From: Eledone cirrhosa
Taxonomy: Eukaryota
Assembly: GCA_964016885.1 (NCBI GenBank)
Contig: OZ024741.1
Span: 230,888,001 to 230,952,000, forward strand
DNA: 64,000 bases
Reading direction: 5' to 3'
The first letter of the stretch is position 1. Every line of letters begins with the position of its first letter. Under the pieces are notes generated by a model, which saw nothing but the letters and a program-made list of their open reading frames with translations, did not search any database and was not told where the DNA came from. The position numbers and the translations under genes were made by a program. Below are positions 52,501-63,259 of the stretch, piece after piece.

Positions 52501-52872
52501 TCCTGTCTAAATTCGACCTACAAGACACTATGCGGTTGGTCCGCGTCTACACTGGCGCATTGAGGAAATCTAGTCGATACCTGTCAGACAGTTGGGACTG
52601 GCTGATAAGGTGCTCCCATCAGCTACTCCCAGACAATCCCAGCGTGCGTCTAAGAAACCGTTCAAGTCCCCCGCTAACTGTAAAGAGCGAGACGTACCGA
52701 GAAAGATGTTGAGGCGCCTAAAGAAGTACGGTCGTCCGCCCCCAGTAGGGGCGTAGACGGCCAGCAGTCTAAAGGCACCACCTTCACTACTGCTCACATA
52801 CAGGACCACCAACTTACGGTCCGGGTCTCTGAAGATCAACCTTACCTCGAGTTCGAGATCCAGGCCTTTCCT
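49533..52872 (-). mobile_element. Tx1-B-like ORF2 plus 3' UTR (diverged subfamily)
   Basis: LINLDQSKAFDR, VYADD, B-type 3' end CGGCCCTTATGGCAATTAAATGAAATCATT. Confidence 0.88.
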
Positions 52873-55800
52873 ATTGCTAAAGCCTTACTAAACCTAATGG
52901 ACTCTATTCTAATTGCTCTTTTCAGAGCAAACCACCATTTGTTGTTGACGATGGCCCACGTCAACGCACGCTTAACTAGTTCGCTAATCCGGTCTCTGTA
53001 GGCCTTGTGCGCTGGTAAGGACGCGTTTAGCTTCCAGTAGCCGGGTCCTCGTCTATGAAGCCTAAGTCAAGTACACGGATCACGAATTTGTGGTCCGTGT
53101 AGCTGAATATCTTGAATTGTGGACAGCCTATGCTACACCTATCTATTTCTCTACAACATACTCTATCTAGATATGATCTGGATGACTCTATGCGATTTGT
53201 CCAAGTCCACATTGGCACATTCGGGAAATCCAATCCGTACCTGTCAGACAGTTCAAAACGCCTGATCAGGTTGGTGAGGCTCTTGCACCCCCTCCCCTAT
53301 CCGCTAATCCCACACAGTCCCAGCGTGCATCTAAGATCCCGTTCCAGTCGCCCACTAACACTAAAGAGCGGAACGTTCCAAGAAAAGTCTCCAGACGCCG
53401 GAAGAAATCAGGCCACCCTGCTCCTGTCGGGGCATAGACGGCCACTAGCCTGAAAGCTTCCCCGTCTCCGCTGGTCACGTCTAGCACCACCAACTTACCT
53501 TCTGGGTCCAGGAAAATGGCCCGTATGGCGAGATCCAAACCTCTCCGAAAAATCACAGCAACTCCCCCCCCCCCCCGATCCCGGACGGCTGGGAGATGCG
53601 TACACATCGTAGCCGCCGAAGATCGGTGCGAAGATCTCGCTGATGGCCACTACATCCATGTTTAGTGACCTGATGTCGTTGAGCAGGTGACCCTTCTTCC
53701 GTGACGACCCCAAGTCACGCGCATTTATGCTGCCTATTCTGAGTGAGGTCATGTTTGAAATGGAGTGGAAGATGGGAAAGACCACTTACCTTACTTCTCG
53801 TAGAGGAAGGATGGTTTGTCCATCCTTTTCACTGCTTGTGGCCTCCTCTGGAAGGATGTCCTCATAAATCCTCCTGGAGAGGGTTTGTCGGAAGTCTCCG
53901 ATGTCTTTGGGGAATTTTTGTTTTAGTGTCGTGTCAGTTTTCTGTGTGATGCGAGTGATTTGTATGTGTGGAGGTGGTGTGTATTTTTTGGTTGTTGTGC
54001 AGTCTTTTTCTGTGATGCTGGTGTTGTGTTGCATGTAGTGTAATAATTTTTTGTTGTTCAAATTTAATGCTGTGTAGTGTGTATCGTGTTGGTTGTTTTG
54101 TTTTGTTTGCGTTTGTTGTGGGTTTGTTTCTGTTACGCTTTTTGGTGACTTTTGTGGTGTTGGTGATGGTGGTGTTGGGGTTAATGATGGTGATGGTGTT
54201 GGTGTTTGTGGTGATGGGGTTGGTGATGCTGGTGTGGATGGTGGCATATCTGTGTTAACTTGTTTGTTTGATAATTTATTTGTTTCCCTCTGTATTCTGT
54301 TTTTGGAGGGGAAAGGAGGAGAATTTTTTTCTTTTTTGATTTCTTTTTTTCTTTTTTCCTGATACCGTTTAACCACTCCTCGTCGTCACAATCTGTCTCC
54401 ATTTGCGATAAGCCGGGGAGTGGAAAAAACCTCCACAGGCGTTGGTTTTGGTTGTGGCGTGGTGGATGGTGTAGGCGCTGCTGCTAGTTCTGGCGCGTTT
54501 GGTGGTGATGGTGTTGGTTTTGCTACTGTTGCTGGGGTTGTTGCTGTTACAGTTGCTTCTGTTGTTGCTGCTACAGTTGTTGCTGCCATTTCTGCTGCTG
54601 GTGGTGTTGATGGTTGAGTCACTAGGGTGGGTAAGAGAGGTGGCCTCAACCTTTTAGCCTGAGTGCAGAAAGCCTTTAGGTGGATTCCTTCACCTCAAAC
54701 GACACACCTAGGTCTTCTGCCCTCGACGATTACGGTGAGGTGACTGCCGTCAGTGAGGTCTATAACGTCTGAGATTTCCTCAATGCTTTTATGGTCCGCT
54801 TGGATCAGGAGCTCCATCCCAGATACGGACCAGTTCTCCTGCGTTTCTTTCGCTATTTCAATTATCTTGGTGTTGGCCTCGATGCCGGCGAGGACGGCAG
54901 CCATTAGCCAGGGAATTTCGATGGCCGGTGGAACGTGGGCACCCTGATATTCACATGTCTCTGGCCACAATTGCTTCGGATGAGTGTGAAGTCGTCACTT
55001 CTTAATGGGGCCATGGAGTGTTCTCTGGCCTCCTGTGGTGTTTCAAAGAACACGTCCACGGTTCCATAATTCTGCCAACGTCTGATGTGGGTTTTCTTTG
55101 CCCACACATGTCCCAAAGCTTTTTGGATTTGGGACTCGGCTGCCCGTTCCACTCGGCGCGATTTTATTTAATTGTCCGATAAGACACGGTGCATAGGCGA
55201 TGTTGCTCCCTATTATTAGGTGTGGGGGGATGCTGACCCTGTACCCATCTTTCTTTACCATCCCTTTGGCTTCTTCTAATTCCTCCTGAGTTACCTGGAT
55301 CGCTAATCACGTTTTTGCTACTCTGGCAAAACTCAGGGTAGTTTTCTTAATTTCATAGTTCTGTTGTTGTTATCGTTATTTTTGCTATTGTTAATTTTAG
55401 TTTTAGTTGTGGTGGTGGTGGCGTCTGTGGTGTTCGGTGTGGAAGAGTTTATTTTGGTTGAATTCATTTCGATATCACGAATTAATTAATTTTTTTCTTT
55501 TGTTTCTGTTGTCGCTGTGGTGGTGGTGGGGTGGTGGCTGTCGCGGTGGTGGTGGTGGTGGCGGCTTTAACACCTGCAGTCATTGGTAATGGCGTGAAAT
55601 GAACGTCTGCCTGAGACAAATTAAAAATATTGCTACTGCTAACATTTCCAGTGTTGGCAAACGTAGCAATATTTACAATGGTGGTGTCGGTGTGAGGTGT
55701 TAGATTGTGAGGAAGGATTGACTCTGAGTCATCCATTATTTTTTGAAAGAAACATTTTTGTTGATAATTATAAAAAATTTAAATTTTGGGCTCAAGGCCC

Positions 55801-55959
55801 CAACATTTAAATTTTTTTGAGTGTCCTTTTCAGAAATCAATGTATGTGCACTTATATACAGTTAACAATAAAAAATTTCCATAAATGCCAATGTTAAACA
55901 ACTGAAAATAACAAACCTTTGCGGAGCTCACGATGATACGATTTACTGCGTAGGTCGCC
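52873..55959 (-). mobile_element. 5' half of Tx1-A (5' UTR, ORF1, endonuclease) joined directly to the B-like ORF2
   Basis: Colinear with 14898-17950; ORF1 ATG 55736, ORF2 ATG 53752; 5' end abuts (AAT)n. Confidence 0.9.
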
Positions 55960-55992
<33 letters not shown>

Positions 55993-56062
55993 TACTGTAT
56001 CTCTAAACTCTCTCAAAATGTTTAGTTTAAACGATGTCAAATCTAAACTATAAAATAATAAT

Positions 56063-56150
56063 AATTGTTTCTGCTTTTGGAACGGGGCCAGCAATTGACC
56101 CGGTGTGTGGCTAGTGCTTGGTTTTGTCGGCCCCGTAAGGATGAAACGAA
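56063..56150 (-). mobile_element. 5'-truncated SINE with A-to-G (plus strand) hypermutation
   Basis: Aligns to SINE tail/core with clustered A>G changes. Confidence 0.8.
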
Positions 56151-56163
56151 AAATAAAAATAAT

Positions 56164-56342
56164 AATTGTTTCTACTTTTGGCACAAGGCCAGCAATTACC
56201 CAGTGTATTGCTGGTGCTTTGTTTTATCGACCCCGTGGGGATGAGGGGCGGGGTTGACCTCGGCGGGATTTCACTCGGACTGTAGGTGGTCGTGGCTCTG
56301 TGCTTCAGGGCTTGGTGTCCGACTCTCTACCGATAATGCCAA
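56164..56342 (-). mobile_element. Near full-length SINE with A-to-G (plus strand) hypermutation
   Basis: CGTGGGGATGAGGGGCGGGGTTGAC versus CGTAAGGATGAAAGGCAAAGT(T/A)AAC at 2820, 3576 and 49396. Confidence 0.85.
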
Positions 56343-59300
56343 ATGATAAGCAACAAGTCGAAAAATTATAGAACAGAACACAGACAGAAGCAAACGCAAC
56401 AACAAAAACAAATTTCAAAACTGTTTAACACAACAACCTCTTCTTCCCATAGCAGCAGCAGCAGCAGAACACCAACACTAGTAACCGATGTTACTGATCT
56501 AGAAAAACGAAAAACGCAAAGGAAAAGAACAAACAAACAAACAAAAAACTAAGTCAGGCATTCAAACATTACAATGAAACTTATGTTTATTTTTTAAAGT
56601 GTTCATCTATTTTTAGTTTATTTATTTATGTTCGTCTACAGCGAAATATCCCCAAAGCAACAGCAAAATCACCGGGGGTGATGAAGTCACCGGTGGTTAT
56701 ATAACCATGCATTCACCAATCCTCAATATGAATGTTTAAATGTCGAACCTAAACAGTTCGAATAACGGTGAAGAGGAGACTGGAACGTCATGTGACAGAC
56801 TCCCACCCATCAGGTGCTCCCTGTCCCAGCAGCAGGGACCTGGCTGTCATCCAAATACTGCTGGTGTTGGAGGAAGAAGAAGAAGGAAAGGGACAAGAAC
56901 CAACTTGACGAAATAATTGAATACAACTTTTATGCAATGTTACCTGAAGAGTAACCCCAAGGAGAAAGGCTATAGGAAGCGGATGCATAACATCTGGAAC
57001 GAGATTGTTCTATTTAAATTAGATGAACAAAAATTGGCCGGGCAGGCTCCGGTATTACGAACTAATGGGTGGATAAGCGAGCTGGAACAGGAGGAACTGA
57101 GCAGAGAGATTAGGTTGGAAATGGAGAGTGGAGTATGCCAGGCAAACGAGCCAGTGGGAAATGAAGGTGAAGTGGTTGAGAGAACGGAGGAACCATCCGA
57201 AGCAGACAATGATCTGAATGCTGAAATAAATAATACCTGGAACAACGATACGGCCATTGCGGAGATGAATGCTGACGGGCTAGGACAAGATTTGGTTGAT
57301 ATCCTAAACTTAGTGGTAGATGAATTGAACAATTATAGTGGGAAACCTATGAACCTAAGATTTGTAGACAGGAAAAAGTTAAAAGAAGCAACAGCTAAGG
57401 TAAACAAAGTCAGCCCATACCTTGAGGCGAGGAAACTTCACCAATGCAAAAATATCCGCAAAGCAACGGCAAATACAGTGAGGAGATTACTTGGCATAAA
57501 AATGAGAGGAACCAACAAACAAGAAAGATCAGAGCATTGGTGGAAGAAACGACTGAATGGTCAAATCAGGGAAATGAGAAATAACATTGGAAAGCTTGAG
57601 TCCCTACTGAATGGGACACTACAAAACATAGACATTTAAAAATAGACTGGAAACAAAGTACAAAACTAGGAAGAAAAAGCTAAATATTATCATAGAGGAA
57701 CTGAAGCAACGCATTGTAGCAAAGAGTGCAAAGATTAGGCGGTATGAGAGCAGAGTCAGTCGGTATAGACAGAACCGCATGTTTGACAACAACCAGTTAT
57801 TGTTTGGGCAGCTTGAAGGGAAAGAAAGAGGAAACGACTTGATCCCTGAGGCAGAACAGACTAAGACATTCTGGAGAGGAATATGGGAGCAGGATGTTGA
57901 ACATAACGTTCAGGAAGTGTGGATTGAGACAGTACAAAAGGAGATTAGTGAACAAGCACACCAACAAACTGATTTAAGTATCACAGTTGAAACTCTTAAA
58001 GGGCAGGCCAGGAAACTAACCAACTGGAAATCACCAGGCCCAAATGTTGTGCAGGGGTATTGGATTAAAAATATAACATCCCTCAACACAAAACTGACAA
58101 CCAAGTTCAATAACTGCTTGATGTCAGGTGAAGTACCAGAGTGGTTGACAAAAGGTACCACAGTTCTGGTAATGAAATACCGAATCAAGGGTAATGATGT
58201 TACCAACTATAGACCTATCACATGTCTGTCCGTAATGTGGAAACTGTTGACAAGCATTGTGTCTGAAGAAATCTACCATCACCTCCACATAAACAACTTG
58301 TTACCGGACGAACAGAAAAGATGCCGAAAGAAGTCCCGTGGTACAAACGACCAGCTACTTATTGATAAGATGGTAATGAGGAATTGCAATAGGAGACACA
58401 CTGGTCTGGCCATGGGATGGACAGACTACAAAAAGGCATTCGACATGGTACCTCTTTCTTGGATAACCAAAAGCCTAGAGATCTTCAAGGAGGCAGATAA
58501 CATCAGACAGTTGTTGAGCAAAAGTATGAAGTCCTGGGAAACAGAATTAACATCAGCTGGAGAATCCTTGTGAGGCGTGAAAATCAAGAGAGGTATCTTC
58601 CAGGGAGATTGTCTGACCCCTCTGTTGTTTGTCCTTGACCATTATATTGCGAAAAGTGAGAGCATGATATAAGTTGGGAAAAGTAGAGTTTACCATCAAC
58701 CACCTCCTCTTCATGGACGATATTAAACTCTTTGGGAAGAGTAAGAATGAGTTTGATGTACTTGTTGACACTGTCCGTATTTTCAGCAGTGATATATGTA
58801 TGCAATTTGGTATTAATAAGTGTGGAGTCCTTCTGATGAAGTGGGGTAAATTGAGCAGAAGCAACGGAATCCAGGTACCAACAGGTGAAGTGATAAAGTA
58901 AATTGACACTGAAGAGGGATACAAGTATTTGGGTGTTCTTGAGGCTGATGACATCAAGAACAAAAAAATGAAGGAATTGATAAGATCTGAATACATTCGG
59001 AGAATAAGGAGCGTATTAGATTCACATCTGAACAGTAAGAATGCCATAAGTGCAGTAAATTCCCGAGCTGTGTCTATTATTAGGTACAGTGCGGGAATTC
59101 TGAGATGGAATGTTGCTGAACAAAAAGAAATGGATAGGAAGACTAGGAAGCTATTGACTATATCCAACATGTTCCACAAGAGGAGTGATGTCGATAGACT
59201 CTACTTAAAGAGATCTGAAGGTGGAAGAGGTCTTATCAGCATAGAGGACGACTGTATTCAGATGGAGAAAAACAACCTACACAAATACGTGACTGATAGT

Positions 59301-59580
59301 AAGGAGCCAATGCTCAGAATTGTTCTGAAGGAGAGAATAATAGACCAGGGGATGTCCAAGGAGGAAATAACAACAAGGAGGAAAACCAACCTTCGTGAAA
59401 AATCCCTTCATAGTACCTACCTTGAGAAAACTGAATTTAGAGATCCACAGACATGGAACTGGTTAAAAAGAGGAGACATTAAAAAGGCTACAGAAGGAAT
59501 GCTAATGGCTGCGCAAGAGCAGGCACTCAAAACGAAGTGGGTGAAACACCATATTTACAAGTTAGAGGCTAGCCCACTGT
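56343..59580 (+). mobile_element. Dong-A with proximal 5' UTR and most of ORF (ATG 56740); 3' end lost
   Basis: WKSPGPN, NYRPITCL, DYKKAFDMV, IFQGD, FMDDIKLF, EGGRGL; stops just inside the CCHC finger. Confidence 0.9.
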
Positions 59581-60405
59581 GGATTTGGGATACGGATGCC
59601 CGTTCCAGTCGGCGCGATTTTATGTTAATCGTCCGATAAGACACGATGCATAGGCGCCGATGCTCCATTTTATTAGGTGCGGGGGAGGGGGGCTGACCCT
59701 GTACCCATCTTTCTTTACCATTCTCTTGGCTTCATCTAATTTCTCCTGAGTTACCTGGATTGCTTCGCACTTTTTTGCTACTCTGGCAAAAGACAGGGTG
59801 GTTTTCTTATTCTCATTGTTGTTGTTGGTGTTGTTGTTTTCGTTATTTTTCTTATTGTTATTTTTAGTTTCAGTTGTGGTGGTGGTGGTGGCGTCAGTGG
59901 TGTTCGGTGTGGAAGATTCCATTCTGGGTGAATCCCTTTCGATGTCATGAGATCATTTATTTATTTTGTTTCTGTTGGCGCTGTGATGGTGGTGGTGATG
60001 GGGGGGGGGGGGGGGGGGGTCAGCACCTGCAGTCATTGGTAATGGCGGGAAATGAATGTCTGCATAAGACAAATTTAAATAATTGATACTGCTTATATTT
60101 TTAGTGTTAGCAAACGTAGTAATATTTACAATGGTCGTATCGGTGTGAGGTGTTAGTTTGTGAAGAAGGTGTGACTGTGAGTCGTACATGATTTTTTTCA
60201 AAGAAACTTTTTTGTTTGATAATTATAAAAGTTTAAATGTTGGGTTCAAAGCCCCAATCTTTTTGAGTGTCCTTTTCCGAAAGCAAGTTGTGTGACCTTA
60301 TAAATAGTTAACAACACAAATTTTACATAAATGGCAATTTTAAACAAACGAACACAACAAACCTTTGCGGAGCTCACGATGATCCGATTTCCTACGTAGG
60401 TCGAC
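59581..60405 (-). mobile_element. Tx1-A 5' UTR plus ORF1 N-terminus, 3' part lost
   Basis: Colinear with 14898-15695; TTLSFARVAKKCEAIQVTQE. Confidence 0.9.
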
Positions 60406-60486
<81 letters not shown>

Positions 60487-60489
60487 GAG
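60406..60489 (+). repeat. (AAT)n(GAA)9GGAG compound microsatellite; left target-site duplicate
   Basis: Same structure at 61971-62066. Confidence 0.85.
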
Positions 60490-61965
60490 TTGGATGTGCT
60501 TGTTGACACTGTCCGTATTTTCAGCAGTGATATATGTATGCAGTTTGGTATTGGTAAATGTGGAGTCATTGTGATGAAGAGAGGTAGGTTGAGCAGAAGT
60601 AACGGGATCCAGATACCAACAGGTGAGATGATAAAGGAAATTGACTCTGAGGAAGTATACAAGTATTTGGGCGTTCTGGAGGCTGATGGCATAAAGAACA
60701 AAAAAATGAAGGAATTGTTAAGAACTGAATACATTCGGAGAGTAAGGAGCGTATTGAAGTCACATCTGAACAGCAGAAATGCCATAAGCGCAGTAAATTC
60801 CCGAGCTGTGTCTATTATTAGGTACAGTGCGGGAATTCTGAGATGGAATGTTGCTGAACAAAAAGAAATGGATAGGAAGACTAGGAAGCTATTGACTATC
60901 TACAACATGTTCCACAAGAGGAGTGATGTCGATAGACTCTACCTAAGGAGATCTGAGGGTGGAAGAGGTCTTATCAGCATAGAGGACTGTGTTCAGATGG
61001 AGAAAAACAACCTATACAAATACGTGACCTATAGTAAGGAGCCAATGCTCAGAACTGTACTGAAGGAGGGGACAGTAGGCCAGGGGATGTCCAAGGAGGA
61101 AATAACATCAAGGAGGAAGAGCAGCCTTAAGGGAAAATCCCTTCATAGTACCTGTTTTGAGAAAACTGAATTTAGAGATCCACAGACATGGAACTGGTTG
61201 AGAAGAGGAGACCTCAAAAAGGCTACAGAAGGAATGCTAATGGCTGCGCAGGAGCAGGCCCTCAAAACGAAGTGGTTGAAGCACCATATCTACAAGGAGG
61301 AGGCTAGCCCACTGTGCAGGATCTGTGGAGAGAGAGAGGAGACTGTGGCTCAGATTGTGTCCGAGTGTAAACACCTAGCCCAGACCCACTATAAGGGCTG
61401 GAGACACGATGTGATGGGCAGGGTGATCCACTGGCACCTGTGCAAAGTAAACAATTTACCACATTCTGAGAAATGGTATGAGCATAGGCCAGAGGCGGTG
61501 ATGGAGAACAATCAGGTGAAGGTGCTGTGGGATTTTAGGATACAGACGGACAAAAAACTGGAACACAATAGACCTGACCTGGTGGTTGTGGACAAAGAAA
61601 AAAGATCGTGTCTGATTGTGGATGTGGCCTGCCCGTTCGACACGAGAGTGCAAGAGAAGGAGAGGGAGAAAATTAACCGATACCAGGACCTAAAGTGGGA
61701 GGTGAAAAGGATTTGGAACTGCCATGAAGTCAAAGTGATCCCGTTTGTCATAGGCGCACTGGGGACTATCTCCAAAAGTTTCCAGGGATGGTTAAAGAGA
61801 ATCGGCCCCTTCACGCTTTTTGGAACGCTTCAAAAGGCATGCTTGCTTGGAACAGCAAGAACCCTCCGATACGTCCTGAATATCTGAGGCTGCAGGTAGT
61901 GGCTTGATATTCAATCCAACGGACTTTCCAGTTAACCAACATCAATGACTGAGATTCAAGGAATA
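60490..61965 (+). mobile_element. Young 5'-truncated Dong-A copy; uninterrupted 465-codon frame (RT C-terminus, CCHC-like finger, restriction-like endonuclease)
   Basis: YKYLG, EGGRGL, CRICGEREETVAQIVSEC, RHD, RPDLVV, IVDVACPFD, KINRYQDL, IGALG; 3' UTR runs into (AAT)n. Confidence 0.93.
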
Positions 61966-61970
61966 ACAAC

Positions 61971-62051
<81 letters not shown>

Positions 62052-62066
62052 AAGAAGAAGAAGGAG
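61971..62066 (+). repeat. (AAT)n(GAA)13GGAG compound microsatellite; right target-site duplicate
   Basis: Mirrors 60406-60489. Confidence 0.85.
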
Positions 62067-62074
62067 AGGGAAGG

Positions 62075-62855
62075 AGACGCACTTGGTGGATAGAGTGTTA
62101 TGGATTCGCTCCCGTAATGTTTTGATTTTTAACATATTTAAAACAATTGTGACATAACTATTCTTAGTACAAATGTGACATAAGGCACTAGGCTTAACTT
62201 TTAGGAAATGAAGACCAATAATATCCTGTTATATCGCTTAAATATTCAATTTTGTATTATAAATGTTATATTCAAAAAGGCAAATTGTTATAAATGGAAG
62301 AAAATCCCCTCTGTCTACACTATATGGAACAGCCAAATAACGGCAATTTCACCACCACGACAACCTAGATACACCACCCATCCCACCACCCCTCGGTGTA
62401 CACTAAATACAGCAGCCAGAGAACGGCAATTTCACCACCACCACCACCAATTCCAGAATAATAATAATAATTACTATTATTGTATCTCAAGTTTTCTCAA
62501 ATTGTTTCACTCAAATATTAGGCAAATAAGTCAAATAGGCAACAAACCTCATAGATATACAGATCAAACAAACGCACACTAGTTAAAGTCTATTCACCAA
62601 AACCCAGTAACGACAACGCGATAACTACATTCACCGCCGCCGCCACTCCATCATTGCGACCACTATCCCATCACCGCCGCCACTACCCCACTACCTTCGG
62701 GTTAACTTAAGAAAAGGGAAGGTGGCAGTATCACTACACAAGGCTAGCAAAATATATAAATAGATTAGCAAAATATATATATATAGACTGACGGTATCAC
62801 AAGACAAGGCTAGCAAAAGATATAAATAGACTGATTTAGTGACCCGGTCAAACGT
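62075..62855 (+). other. Third copy (inverted, with insertions) of the distal Dong upstream module
   Basis: GGTGGATAGAGTGTTATGGA..AAAACAATTGTGA..ATAGACTGATTTAGTGACCCGGTCAAAC matches the reverse complement of 14365-14855. Confidence 0.75.
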
Positions 62856-62979
62856 CAACGACTGAGGCACTGCTGGATCCCCCCTTCCCCACCAACAATA
62901 GAAAAAGCCCCAGCACCACCACCGAGATAGCCAACAACAACAACAGGCAACTTCAACAAAAAGTATATTATATTATTAA

Positions 62980-63164
62980 GGATTGGCAGTATCGGTAAAG
63001 GGTCGGACGCCATGCTTTGCAGCACAGTTACGTCCCTTTACGGACTGAGTTCAAAACGCGGCGAGGTTAACTTTGCCTTTCATCCTTAAGGGGTCGATAA
63101 AATAAAGTACCAGTAATACACTGGGATAATTGCTGGCCTTGTGCCAAAAGTAGAAACAATTATT
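62980..63164 (+). mobile_element. SINE copy
   Basis: Head, core, tail; flanked by ATTATTAA on both sides (possible TSD). Confidence 0.88.
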
Positions 63165-63259
63165 AATAGTAATTGCCTTCTTAAGCCACGCAGTGCTCAC
63201 ATTAAGGAAGCACTCATGATAATAACAATTTAAAAAACAAACAAAAAAAAAGAAAACCC

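Noticed and set aside
60490-61887. Domesticated host gene from the 465-aa open frame
   Set aside because: No ATG (starts at TTG at a truncation point), lacks the RT catalytic core, has element 3' UTR and TSD; best explained as a recent insertion
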